DNA of 64,000 nucleotides from the NCBI GenBank assembly GCA_036339975.1, contig JAYYZV010000005.1:2099-66098 (forward strand). The letters run 5' to 3'. Origin of the DNA: Pseudomonadota bacterium. GTDB lineage: Bacteria; Pseudomonadota; Alphaproteobacteria; MPNO01; UBA830. Position numbers and translations under genes: made by a program. A model generated the notes under the pieces. The model was not told where the DNA came from, searched no databases, and worked only from the letters and a program-made list of their open reading frames with translations. Numbering within the stretch: the stretch's first letter is position 1; each line of letters starts with the position of its first letter. Of the stretch, positions 1-8,744 are shown piece by piece.

Positions 1-454
1 AGTAGTAAGTCATCATCGTGGTCTCGAAACCGGATAGACCGTCTGGCCATTGGTTTGGGCCGAGATTGAAGCTGCCATTTTTTAAACGCGGATGACCGGG
101 AGGAATGTCCTCGCCGATATAAAACCCCTCTTTAAGGTCGGGTGGCCCGCCGTCCTCAAGTGTTTGACCTCCTATCGGCTCATATCCACGGTTATATGGT
201 GACAGTCTCATGTCGATGGCTAATTTGCGATCCAGCGGCTGGGCGAAAAATTTAGCTGACTGGACAAAAACCTCCGTCTGCAGGGCAGTATCAACCCCGT
301 GCCCAATCACATACATGAAACCAAGATCAAGGCAGGCTGCACGTATTTTCTTTCCCACGGCATTACGACCGTTTTTATCACCAGAACGCAGAGGTGCGAT
401 ATCGATAATCGGAAGGGCGTTCTCCGAAAAATTTTCGGCATTGAACGAGTTCAT
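1..454 (-). CDS. 2OG-Fe(II) oxygenase, isopenicillin-N-synthase/ACC-oxidase-like (N-terminal part; C-terminus outside window)
   Basis: Not in ORF track because it runs off the left edge. My reverse-strand translation from ATG at 454 reads MNSFNAENFSENALPIIDIAPL..ACLDLGFMYVIGHGV..FFAQPLDRKLAI..SPYNRGYEPIGGQ..NQWPDGLSGFETTMMTYY. This is the typical DIOX_N half of this family. The HxD..H half is not visible. Confidence 0.7.
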   Translation of the reverse strand, partial: MNSFNAENFSENALPIIDIAPLRSGDKNGRNAVGKKIRAACLDLGFMYVIGHGVDTALQTEVFVQSAKFFAQPLDRKLAIDMRLSPYNRGYEPIGGQTLEDGGPPDLKEGFYIGEDIPPGHPRLKNGSFNLGPNQWPDGLSGFETTMMTYY

Positions 455-730
455 CGCTGGTCTTTCTGGTCGGCGGTTGATCTAGTTAGGACCGAATTTA
501 GTATTTGAACCGCCTTTCAAATAGGTCAATATGAAGGCTGAAATCACACTTCTTATACCACTTTGGCACTCGTTTTGCCGTATGTTTTGTCTTGTAATAT
601 TGCTGTTAAAGGTGTGCCTATATAACGAGACTAAACCCCGCTATTCGTCTCATTGGCCTGATAGAATCGTGATCGGTTACGTTTTGCGGTAGACGGGGAC
701 GCCGAAGGCAGGGCTAAACCGAGAAAAAAA

Positions 731-1549
731 ATGAAGGAAACTCAGACAAAAATGATTGAAGCTGTGTTTACCTATGCCGTCGATAACGGCCAAAAGATCA
801 TTAACCAAACGATGGGACCTGGTGACATGAGCCGGAAGCGCGTCGGCATCGTAGAGGAAAAGACCATGCCGGTCCGCGACGGGCGTTCCCGGCGTGAGAC
901 CTTCGATCTTGAAACGCATGGGTTCGAGTTCGTTGAACACCCAACCAAAATGGTGGACTTTTTCGACGAAGCGGAATTGAGATCCATCTATTACGAGGAG
1001 GTCGAGGAACTGGTCAAAGACCGGACCGGGGCTACCCGAGTCCACGTATTTGATCACACCTTACGTTCCGGTGATGAGGGTTTCCGTAACGAGAATCATT
1101 TCCGCGAGCCAGTTGCCCGCGTCCATAACGATTATACTGAGTGGTCCGGTCCCAACCGGGTACGTGATCTGTTGCCCGATGAGGCAAAAGACTTGTTAAC
1201 AAAACGTTTTGCCATTGTTCAAGTTTGGCGTGCAGTCCGTAAACCGATCGAATCTGATCCGCTCGGCATCTGCGATGCACGCACCTTGTCGAAAAAGGAC
1301 CTTATAATTTCAGAGAGACGCTACCCGGACCGGGTGGGGCAGACCTATCAGATCGCCTATAACCCGGATCACGAATGGTATTATTTTCCAAATATGGCCC
1401 GGGAAGAGGCGATGGTGTTCAAAGTATTTGATTCGGCAACTGACGGGCGCGCCAGATTCACCGCGCACTCTGCTTTCTCAGATCCGAATAGCCCAACAAA
1501 CGCTGCGCCGCGTGAAAGCATTGAAGTGCGGACCCTCGCTTTCTTCTGA
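731..1549 (+). CDS. CmcJ/NvfI/AsaB-like oxygenase (cephamycin 7-alpha-hydroxylase-related family)
   Basis: 272-aa ORF with family-typical blocks: FDLETHGFEFVEH, GATRVHVFDHTLR, VHNDYTEWSG, VQVWRAVRKPIESDPLGICDA, HEWYYFPNM, PRESIEVRTLAFF at the C-terminus. Confidence 0.65.
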   Translation: MKETQTKMIEAVFTYAVDNGQKIINQTMGPGDMSRKRVGIVEEKTMPVRDGRSRRETFDLETHGFEFVEHPTKMVDFFDEAELRSIYYEEVEELVKDRTGATRVHVFDHTLRSGDEGFRNENHFREPVARVHNDYTEWSGPNRVRDLLPDEAKDLLTKRFAIVQVWRAVRKPIESDPLGICDARTLSKKDLIISERRYPDRVGQTYQIAYNPDHEWYYFPNMAREEAMVFKVFDSATDGRARFTAHSAFSDPNSPTNAAPRESIEVRTLAFF

Positions 1550-1597
1550 ACTGGCGGTTCCAAAGAGTATCTTTTCTCCGCCGAACGATCCAAAAAA

Positions 1598-2848
1598 CTA
1601 AAACTGGGCGGGGCCTGCCGGCAGTCCGAGATGCACGCGGCCGTATAGGCCCAATACGGCATCCTGATTTACACTGATATGCATGGAGCCAGCATGTGCA
1701 TCCCGCCAATACCGCTGCATATTACTGGATAGCTGAAGACCGCCCGCGCCATTGGCCTCGAAAATCGTATCCAACCCCGATACGGCCAAATGTGCCGCAA
1801 ACCCCAGGTCGCCTTTATTTCTGGCCCTTATTTCCTCGGATTGGCTGTCTCCTGCTATATATGTTTGCATCAGTTCTTTGGCGTCCCGAAGCACAAGCAG
1901 CTTGGCAGCGTCAATAGAGGCGGCCGCTTTCCCTATTCGCGTATGTATGGACGGCAACTGGGCCATCGGTCCGGAATTAGCGAGGGCCGACCCCCGGGTT
2001 ACGCGAGCTGAGGTGTCGCTCATGAAACAGTCATATGCACCTCGCGAGATACCGATTATCGGCGCTGCAACACTTATCGAGAGGGCCTGAAACGTTGGAA
2101 TTGTATAAAGGGGGGCGGGGTTTGCTTTGGCCCCTGGCGGGTTTCCAGACATGGTGTCTTCAAGTGAAAGGTATCGGTGGCTAGGAATTCGAAGGTTTTC
2201 ACAAAAAACTGTTTTAGAACCAGTGCCCGCAAGACCAGCGGCATACCAGTCGTCCTTGATGTTGAACTCGCTTTTCGGAGCAACAATATAACCCCTCTCA
2301 ACCGGATTCTCATCTCCGTGATTCACGACATTAACGGCGACAAGAAGCCATGAGCAATTATCCACCCCTGAGCAATAGGCCCAAGTCCCTGAAACGGTGT
2401 AATCCTGATCGCCTTTAATAGCTGTTCCAGTTGGAATAAATGAGGCTGAGGTGCAACCATATTGGTCGTCGGCCCAAATTTCCTCCTGAGCCTCTAGGGG
2501 GAACATTGCAAGTAGGTATTGATACATACTGCATATAGAATGGACCCAACCTACTGATCCACAGCCGCGCGCGATTTCGTAGGCGGCTTCGGCGAATACA
2601 TCCATTCCATGCTCATACCCTCCAAAACGGCGTGGCATCAGCATGCGGAAAAGGCCGGCATCCAAAATCTGTTCGAAAAGGTCGCTCGGCACACGGCGGT
2701 CCGATTCCGTTTTTTCCTGACTTGCTCGGATTACCGGAACTAGCGCTCGGGCTCGCTCGAGCATGGCGGACGGCTTGACGTAGTCATCGGGCATGACCGG
2801 CGGTTTGACGTTTCCCTCGGGCAGCATCTCTGTAATCGTTGCCATCAT
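1598..2848 (-). CDS. acyl-CoA-dehydrogenase-fold flavin-dependent monooxygenase, oxygenase component (HsaA/HpaH-C2-like)
   Basis: 416 aa. RRVPSDLFEQILDAGLFRMLMPRRFGGYE, GSVGWVHSICSMYQ, YTVSGTWAYCSGVDNCSW and QRYWRDAHAGSMH resemble group-D two-component monooxygenases. Confidence 0.7.
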   Translation of the reverse strand: MMATITEMLPEGNVKPPVMPDDYVKPSAMLERARALVPVIRASQEKTESDRRVPSDLFEQILDAGLFRMLMPRRFGGYEHGMDVFAEAAYEIARGCGSVGWVHSICSMYQYLLAMFPLEAQEEIWADDQYGCTSASFIPTGTAIKGDQDYTVSGTWAYCSGVDNCSWLLVAVNVVNHGDENPVERGYIVAPKSEFNIKDDWYAAGLAGTGSKTVFCENLRIPSHRYLSLEDTMSGNPPGAKANPAPLYTIPTFQALSISVAAPIIGISRGAYDCFMSDTSARVTRGSALANSGPMAQLPSIHTRIGKAAASIDAAKLLVLRDAKELMQTYIAGDSQSEEIRARNKGDLGFAAHLAVSGLDTIFEANGAGGLQLSSNMQRYWRDAHAGSMHISVNQDAVLGLYGRVHLGLPAGPAQF

Positions 2849-3182
2849 GTTTTCCTTTTTTGAAGCGCAGTCGTTATTGAACCATATAGATCTTCCGAGT
2901 ACGACCCCGGTTTTTTTTGAAATTTTTCGTTGTGATAATAGGGCGCGGTAAGCGAACCTGCGGGGGCGACGTTAGCCATCTAGACGATTAGGTATACCCA
3001 CCCGTTGGTCGCCGATGTGGACGGACCGCGTCTTTGCCTCACTGTTCGAACCGGACCTATATACCTTACTGGTAAAGTGCGCAGAATTCTCAGGCTCTTT
3101 ATCCAGATGTAAGTCCGCGTAGCTTTTGCATTAACCGGTGGCGTTAGAATATAAGGGCGTATACGCAACGGAGTTACCCCTC

Positions 3183-4850
3183 ATGGATTCCCCGGTCGGA
3201 ACACGCACTTATCGCGATCTTCACCAGCACCTCGAAGAATTAAAAAACCGCGATTTATTATATGTGATTGATGAGCCAGTTAACAAGGATACGGAGATGT
3301 CGGCGCTTGTCCGTTGGCAATTTCGGGGGGGGCTTAGAGAAGAACAGCGCAGAGCGTTCCTGTTCAATAAAGTTACAGATTCGAAGGGGCGTAATTACGA
3401 AATACCTGTGGTGATCGGTGCGTTGGCGGCTAATCAAGACATATATGCTGCCGGCATGGACACCACTGTTGACCGGATAGCCGCTAAGTGGGATCAGGCG
3501 ATTGCCAATCCGGTAAAACCTCGCTTAATTAACGAAGCGCCTTGCCAAGAAGTAATCATCGAGGGAGAGGACTTGATGGCCGAGGAAGGTGGACTGGTTC
3601 GATTGCCCATTCCCTTGTCTACTCCTGGTTTCGACTCGACGCCTACACTTGCCGCCACCAACGTAATCACCAAAAACCCTGACACAGGTACGCAGAACAT
3701 GGGCACTTACCGTGCGGGTCTGAAATCGTCAGACCGCCTTGTGGTCAGGATGGCGACACGGGTTGGCGGCGCTGAGGGTTACATGCACTGGAAAACACAT
3801 AAGGAACGGGGCGAAAAACTTCCGTGCGCAATTGTAGTAGGCTGTCCACCATATGTCGCGTTCATGGGACCGCAAAAGCTGCCGATCGGTATGGAGGAGC
3901 TTGAAGTCGCCGGTGGGTTGGCCGGTGAGCCAATCAATGTTGTTCGCGCGCGTACCGTTGATCTTGTCGTGCCAGCAGAAGCGGAGGTGGTGATCGAGGG
4001 TTACGTAGACACGGAAATGCTCGAACCAGAGGGTCCCTTCGGCGAAAGTCACGGGCACGTCGCGTTAGAGGAACTCAATCTTCCTATGAAAGTAACGGCG
4101 ATCACTCATCGCAACAATGCGGTAATCCCGTCCTACATTTCGCAAGTCGCCCCATCGGAAAGCTCAGTAATCAAGCGCGTAGCCTACGAGCCGTTGTTCA
4201 AGGCGCATCTGCGGGACCAGCTCGGCATAAAGGGGGTAAAAAAAGTACAATTACATGAGCCGCTGACCGGTCTACTGCGTGTCACAATCATCACACTGGA
4301 TCACGAGACACCGCGCACCGAGGTCTGGCGAGCGCTATACGGCGCTGCCAGCTTTAAGGGGGATTGTGGAAAAATCACAATTGCTGTCAACGAAGACATC
4401 GATGCCGATAATGCCGACGCTATCCTCTGGGCCATGGGCTACCGGCTCAATCCGGCGGAAGATGTAGAGGTGCTGCAGCACCGTGGACAGGGGCACGGAC
4501 CCAAGCGCGAGAGTACCGGGGAGGAAGATTCGACCTTGCTGATCGACGCCACGATGAAATCGCCGATGCCGCCGCTAGCGCTACCCACGAAACCGTATAT
4601 GGAAGCCGGCAAGGCGCTTTGGGATAGGCTTGGCTTGCCCGAGTTGCGCCCCGAATCTCCCTGGTACGGCTATTCTCTGGGCGACTGGTCGCGGTCTTGG
4701 ACCGATGCTGCCGAACGTGCTGCCGCTAGCGAATGGTTAGAAAACGGGCAGCGCACGCTACAACGACAGGTTCCAGCAAACGTGGCCCCGGAAACCTCGG
4801 TTCGTGATATTGAAGGTGGTTGGGAAGACGAAACCGAATGGAAGAAGTAA
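3183..4850 (+). CDS. UbiD-family (prFMN-dependent) decarboxylase, paralog 1
   Basis: ORF 3138-4850. Blocks PVNKDTEMSALVRWQFRGG, QNMGTYR, VVGCPP and EGPFGESHG are typical of UbiD. I prefer ATG 3183 (GGAG 9 nt upstream; aligns with the N-terminus of paralog 2) over GTG 3138. Confidence 0.85.
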   Translation: MDSPVGTRTYRDLHQHLEELKNRDLLYVIDEPVNKDTEMSALVRWQFRGGLREEQRRAFLFNKVTDSKGRNYEIPVVIGALAANQDIYAAGMDTTVDRIAAKWDQAIANPVKPRLINEAPCQEVIIEGEDLMAEEGGLVRLPIPLSTPGFDSTPTLAATNVITKNPDTGTQNMGTYRAGLKSSDRLVVRMATRVGGAEGYMHWKTHKERGEKLPCAIVVGCPPYVAFMGPQKLPIGMEELEVAGGLAGEPINVVRARTVDLVVPAEAEVVIEGYVDTEMLEPEGPFGESHGHVALEELNLPMKVTAITHRNNAVIPSYISQVAPSESSVIKRVAYEPLFKAHLRDQLGIKGVKKVQLHEPLTGLLRVTIITLDHETPRTEVWRALYGAASFKGDCGKITIAVNEDIDADNADAILWAMGYRLNPAEDVEVLQHRGQGHGPKRESTGEEDSTLLIDATMKSPMPPLALPTKPYMEAGKALWDRLGLPELRPESPWYGYSLGDWSRSWTDAAERAAASEWLENGQRTLQRQVPANVAPETSVRDIEGGWEDETEWKK

Positions 4851-4881
4851 TCCTACAAAAAAATACCGGGGAGAGGATCTT

Positions 4882-5367
4882 ATGAATGGTGAAGAGCGGC
4901 GCGAATTCGTGCGCAAGCACAGAACCTGCGTGTTTGGCTATCCGCGCAAGGCGCACGGGCCGTCAATGTCGGTGGTACATTATGTGATGGACGGGGACGA
5001 TATTCTTGTTTCGTCAATGCTAGGTCGCGCTAAGCCTAAGGCAGTTCAGCGAGACACCCGTGTTTCTTTGTGCGTGCTAGATGAAAAATGGCCGCCGACC
5101 TATATTACCGTGTACGGCAATGCAGTTGTCGAAGAAAAGGGCGGCGACGATCTGCTGATTGCGATCTGTGAGCTGATGGCCGAACAGCCGATGCCAAAAT
5201 CGGAACGCGAAAAGCTTAGGAAGCTGGCGGTTGAGGAACAACGCTGCGTAATCCGCATTACCCCAGAATCAACCTTCGAAACACCACCGCGCCATGTCTA
5301 CAATCCGGAAGACGTAGAGACGTTGTCGCATTGGTTGGGTAACAGCCTGCCGTGGAACTCAGATTAA
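4882..5367 (+). CDS. pyridoxamine-5'-phosphate-oxidase-like (split-barrel FMN/F420-binding) family protein
   Basis: Internal ATG 4882 of ORF 4804-5367 is preceded by GGGGAGAGG. RREFVRKHRTCVFGY..GPSMSVVHYVMDGDDILVSS..VSLCVLDE is a PPOX-class N-terminal pattern. Confidence 0.6.
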   Translation: MNGEERREFVRKHRTCVFGYPRKAHGPSMSVVHYVMDGDDILVSSMLGRAKPKAVQRDTRVSLCVLDEKWPPTYITVYGNAVVEEKGGDDLLIAICELMAEQPMPKSEREKLRKLAVEEQRCVIRITPESTFETPPRHVYNPEDVETLSHWLGNSLPWNSD

Positions 5368-5567
5368 GGGTTGCTGATGATCCGCCCCTCTTTAGTCCCG
5401 CAATGCAATATTCGCTCGCCGGAAATCATGCTGCTGGCAAGCGCCTATTATTTCCCGGGGCGCCTATTTAGCTCCGTAGGAAAAATCGGCTGCGGCAAAG
5501 TTTGCGGCTACAAACTTCCCGGCGTACCGCTCATAAACAATCCGGAAACTTTATATGGGTTCGGCGC

Positions 5568-6092
5568 GTGAAGGCAATTTCTCCCCGCGCGGCATGGTCG
5601 AGGCTGATTTTTGACAAACTAATCCATGCGGGAGTCACCCTATTTCCTTACATACCTGACTTCGGGAATGATGATCTTGTTAAACTGGCCGAGACTGATA
5701 ATCGCAGTCGGGCCATCCTGCTCAGCAGCGAGGCGGAGGGGATTGCGTTGTGTGCTGGCGCCGATCTCGTCGGAGGCCGAGGTGTGCTCTTGATGCAGTC
5801 GTCCGGTGTGGGTAATTGCCCGAACATGTTGTCACTGATCCAGGGTGGGCGCTTTCCAATGCTAATGATTGTAACCATGCGCGGCGACTATGGAGAGCAA
5901 AACCCGTGGCAGTACCCCATGGGCCGGGCGGTGATCCCGATACTGGAAGCGATGGGCGTCCAGTGTATATTAGTCGAGCGCGAGAACGAACTCGAGCAAT
6001 CGGTCGATGCGGCGCTGTCTGCCGCCTTTATTGCGGAGCGCGGTGTCGCGCTTATTCTGACCCAGAAATTTTTGGGCGCGAAGGCGTTCTGA
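5568..6092 (+). CDS. TPP-dependent decarboxylase alpha subunit (sulfopyruvate/phosphonopyruvate decarboxylase ComD-like, PYR domain)
   Basis: ORF 5502-6092. IHAGVTLFPYIPDFGNDDL, SSEAEGIALCAGADLVGGRGVLLMQSSGVGN and MRGDYGEQNPWQ are typical. The start is uncertain (GTG 5568 suggested). Confidence 0.65.
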   Translation: MKAISPRAAWSRLIFDKLIHAGVTLFPYIPDFGNDDLVKLAETDNRSRAILLSSEAEGIALCAGADLVGGRGVLLMQSSGVGNCPNMLSLIQGGRFPMLMIVTMRGDYGEQNPWQYPMGRAVIPILEAMGVQCILVERENELEQSVDAALSAAFIAERGVALILTQKFLGAKAF

Positions 6093-6688
6093 TGATGGAG
6101 TATTTACCCAAAAGAGAAATTGATCGGCACGGCCTACTGGCGCACCTATTTCCGAAGCCTGACGACTACCTTTTGCTCGCGGGCCTCGCAGGCGCGGCAA
6201 AAGATGCGGCGGCATGGACAAAGGAAACAGATAATCTTCTGACGCTTGGGGGTGCGATGGGCGGGGCGATCTCAATGGGTCTGGGCATGGCGCTGGCAGC
6301 ACCTGGCCGCAAAGTCGCGGTAATCACCGGCGACGGAGAACTGTTGATGAACGCTGGTGCACTAGCAACCGTCGCATCCGCAGCCCCGCAAAACCTGACC
6401 ATTGTCTGTATAGATAACGGTGAACATGGCGAAACAGGCGGTCAGCCCGGCCATACCTCGAAGCGCACCAAACTTGCAACCTTGGCCGCAGGGGCCGGGA
6501 TAGCATCGGTAATGACGGTTTCCAAGCCAGACGAATTGCCAGCCGCGCGCGACTTTCTTGCCGATGCGATCTGCCCGAAGTTCCTTTGGGTGCGTGTTAT
6601 GGCGGGGCCACCTGCTGATTACAAGCGCAACTGGGACTTGATCGACTGTCGATTGCGGTTCCGGCGTGCGAACGTTGCCGCCAACTAA
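6092..6688 (+). CDS. TPP-dependent decarboxylase beta subunit (ComE-like, PP domain)
   Basis: In-frame ATG 6092 inside ORF 5816-6688 overlaps the alpha stop (TGATG). TPP motif GDGELLMNAGALATVASAAPQNLTIVCIDNGEHG (GDG-x24-NN-like). The upstream 92 codons of the tracked ORF overlap the alpha gene and look non-coding. Confidence 0.7.
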   Translation: MMEYLPKREIDRHGLLAHLFPKPDDYLLLAGLAGAAKDAAAWTKETDNLLTLGGAMGGAISMGLGMALAAPGRKVAVITGDGELLMNAGALATVASAAPQNLTIVCIDNGEHGETGGQPGHTSKRTKLATLAAGAGIASVMTVSKPDELPAARDFLADAICPKFLWVRVMAGPPADYKRNWDLIDCRLRFRRANVAAN

Positions 6689-6696
6689 ACTTTCTC

Positions 6697-7776
6697 TCAG
6701 CAGTCCGCATCTCTATTCGTCGTTTCCGGCATTTCGACGCCCAGTTTTGACGCCACCTCTTCCAGCCGTTTCCACGTGCCCTCCGGCACGGGTATGCCGC
6801 CCGCACGGCGTCTCTCCAGAACTAGGTCGCCGCGCTCGCCAGGGACCAAGATCTCTTGGTCATTCTCGGCACGCGGTAGTGACTTGATTGCTTCGGTTAG
6901 TCGGTCGACCTCGTGGATATATTTACCGATGTCACTGAATTGCGAGATATCGATGGCTATCACCAGTCCATTTTGCATGTGTCGCCCACCTTCTGGCGCG
7001 TCTTCGAGAAACGGCGCAATCAGTGGATTGGCAACTATTAGGCTAGTAATGCATTCGAACATCAGCGCTAGCCCACCACCCTTGTGACCGCCGAGTGCAG
7101 TGGGGATGGTGGCTGCGTTTGGATCGGTGGTGGGTCTGCCGTTTGCGTCTATGGCCCACCCTTCGCCCAGCATGGAGCCTGTATCGCGGGCCAGCTGAAT
7201 TTTACCCATCGATTGGGTAGCGGTTGCCATGTCCAGCATCAAAGGGGCGTGGCTCGCACCCGGGACTGAAATTGCGATCGGACTCGTAGCCAGCCCAGCG
7301 GTGCGCGCGCCCGGATATGCCATATTGGGACGCGACGTGTTGACTGCGATACCTGCCATGCCCTCCCCAGCAATTTCCAATGTGAAATAACCAATGGCAC
7401 CCATATGGGTCGCGTGCCGGATTAGGCATAGGCCCAGCCCGGCTTCTTTTGCCTTGTCGATTGCAATTGCCGTGGCTTTTGCGAGTGCTACCTGACCCAA
7501 TGCACGGTCTGCTTCCAGCACCGTTGCAGCGGGCAGGTCGGTTATTTTCCGTATGGATGGTTTCGGATTGCTAATTCCGGAATCAATCCGAGCCAGATAG
7601 CCGGGTATTCGCAAAACGCCATGGGAATCGACGCCGCGCAGGTTCGACCAAACCAGCACTTTCGCGATTAGCACGGCGTCTTCTTTCGGTACACCGGCCG
7701 CTGAAAACAGTTTGCGGACAAAGCCCGAGAGAGCCAGTTCGGAAACGCTGCGAGAGATGTTTTCCATAGGTGACAC
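6697..7776 (-). CDS. Ldh2-family malate/L-lactate/(R)-sulfolactate dehydrogenase (ComC-like)
   Basis: 359 aa. WSNLRGVDSHGVLRIPGY, IRHATHMGAIGYF, SPIAISVPG, GGHKGGGLALMFE. Confidence 0.8.
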   Translation of the reverse strand: MSPMENISRSVSELALSGFVRKLFSAAGVPKEDAVLIAKVLVWSNLRGVDSHGVLRIPGYLARIDSGISNPKPSIRKITDLPAATVLEADRALGQVALAKATAIAIDKAKEAGLGLCLIRHATHMGAIGYFTLEIAGEGMAGIAVNTSRPNMAYPGARTAGLATSPIAISVPGASHAPLMLDMATATQSMGKIQLARDTGSMLGEGWAIDANGRPTTDPNAATIPTALGGHKGGGLALMFECITSLIVANPLIAPFLEDAPEGGRHMQNGLVIAIDISQFSDIGKYIHEVDRLTEAIKSLPRAENDQEILVPGERGDLVLERRRAGGIPVPEGTWKRLEEVASKLGVEMPETTNRDADC

Positions 7777-7859
7777 TTATCAACCCCATGGTTTCCGGTC
7801 CAGCATTGCCGCCTTCACGCTGTCCGGCGTATAACAGTTGAAACGTTTCGGAGGCTGGT

Positions 7860-8744
7860 GTGGAAGAAAAAGTTACATTCAAATCAAGCGATCTGAACCT
7901 GTCGGGCGTGGTGCACCGTCCTGATGATATGGCCGCTGGTGAACGACGACCGGCAGTTTTGATATTGCACGGCTTTGGCAGCCGCAAAGACGCTGGAAAC
8001 GTTACCGGTCCAACCAATATGTTCATGAACTGGGGATACGTAGTTCTCCGCTTCGATATGCGCGGCTGTGGCGACAGCGACGGCTTGTTCGGCCACCTTC
8101 TTTGCCTCGATCAGGTTGATGATACGCGTGCTGCGATCGACTTTATGCAATCACGACCTGAGGTCGATCCCGACCGAATTGCCGTCGTTGGGTCTAGCTT
8201 CGGCGCCGCTGTGGCTGTCTATTCTGGAGGTGTCGACAAGCGTGTTGCGGCCGTCATTTCTTCCGGCGGTTGGGGGAATGGCGAGCGTAAATTTCGGGGC
8301 CAACATCCGGGCGAAGAAGCTTGGCGAAAATTCACCAGCATGTTGGAGCGAGGCCGCAAACACCGTGAGGAAAATGGTGAGCCGCTTTTTGTCGACCGCT
8401 ATGAAATCGTGCCTATTCCAGAACACCTGCGAGCGAATATGCCGTCCGGATCGGTTCAACAATTCACCGCAGATACTGCGATCGGCATGATGGATTTTAC
8501 TGCCGAGGACGTGATCGGGAAAATCGCACCGCGGCCCGTTCTTTTGCTGCATAGTTCGGTGGATTCGGTAACGCCGACAGAGCAGTCGGTAGAGATGTTT
8601 AAGAGGGCCGGACAACCCACCGATCTGCATTTGACCGCCGATACTGATCATTTCATGATGGCGGAGTCGAACACGAGGGTGATTAATATTATCAAGGACT
8701 GGCTATCTAAATATTTTCCGGTCACTGTGACAACGGATGCCTGA
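7860..8744 (+). CDS. alpha/beta hydrolase
   Basis: 294 aa. PAVLILHGFGS oxyanion region and nucleophile elbow VVGSSFGA. GTG start. 8-nt overlap with the next gene. Confidence 0.7.
   Translation: MEEKVTFKSSDLNLSGVVHRPDDMAAGERRPAVLILHGFGSRKDAGNVTGPTNMFMNWGYVVLRFDMRGCGDSDGLFGHLLCLDQVDDTRAAIDFMQSRPEVDPDRIAVVGSSFGAAVAVYSGGVDKRVAAVISSGGWGNGERKFRGQHPGEEAWRKFTSMLERGRKHREENGEPLFVDRYEIVPIPEHLRANMPSGSVQQFTADTAIGMMDFTAEDVIGKIAPRPVLLLHSSVDSVTPTEQSVEMFKRAGQPTDLHLTADTDHFMMAESNTRVINIIKDWLSKYFPVTVTTDA

Noticed and set aside
580-592. Exact 13-mer GTATGTTTTGTCT shared by two intergenic regions (580-592 and 16749-16761), a possible common operator
   Set aside because: With several kb of A/T-rich intergenic DNA compared on both strands, one chance 13-mer match is roughly what is expected. 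I found no third copy and no palindromic structure.
3044-3052. GTTCGAACC, resembling a tRNA T-loop, in the 2849-3182 intergenic region
   Set aside because: The flanking bases cannot form a 5-bp T-stem (CACTG versus CGGAC). No acceptor, D or anticodon arms can be drawn.
5816-6091. Upstream extension of ORF 5816-6688 (290 aa)
   Set aside because: It overlaps the ComD-like gene out of frame and is Arg/Pro/Gly-rich. The ComE-like homology begins at the ATG at 6092, which is coupled to the upstream stop.
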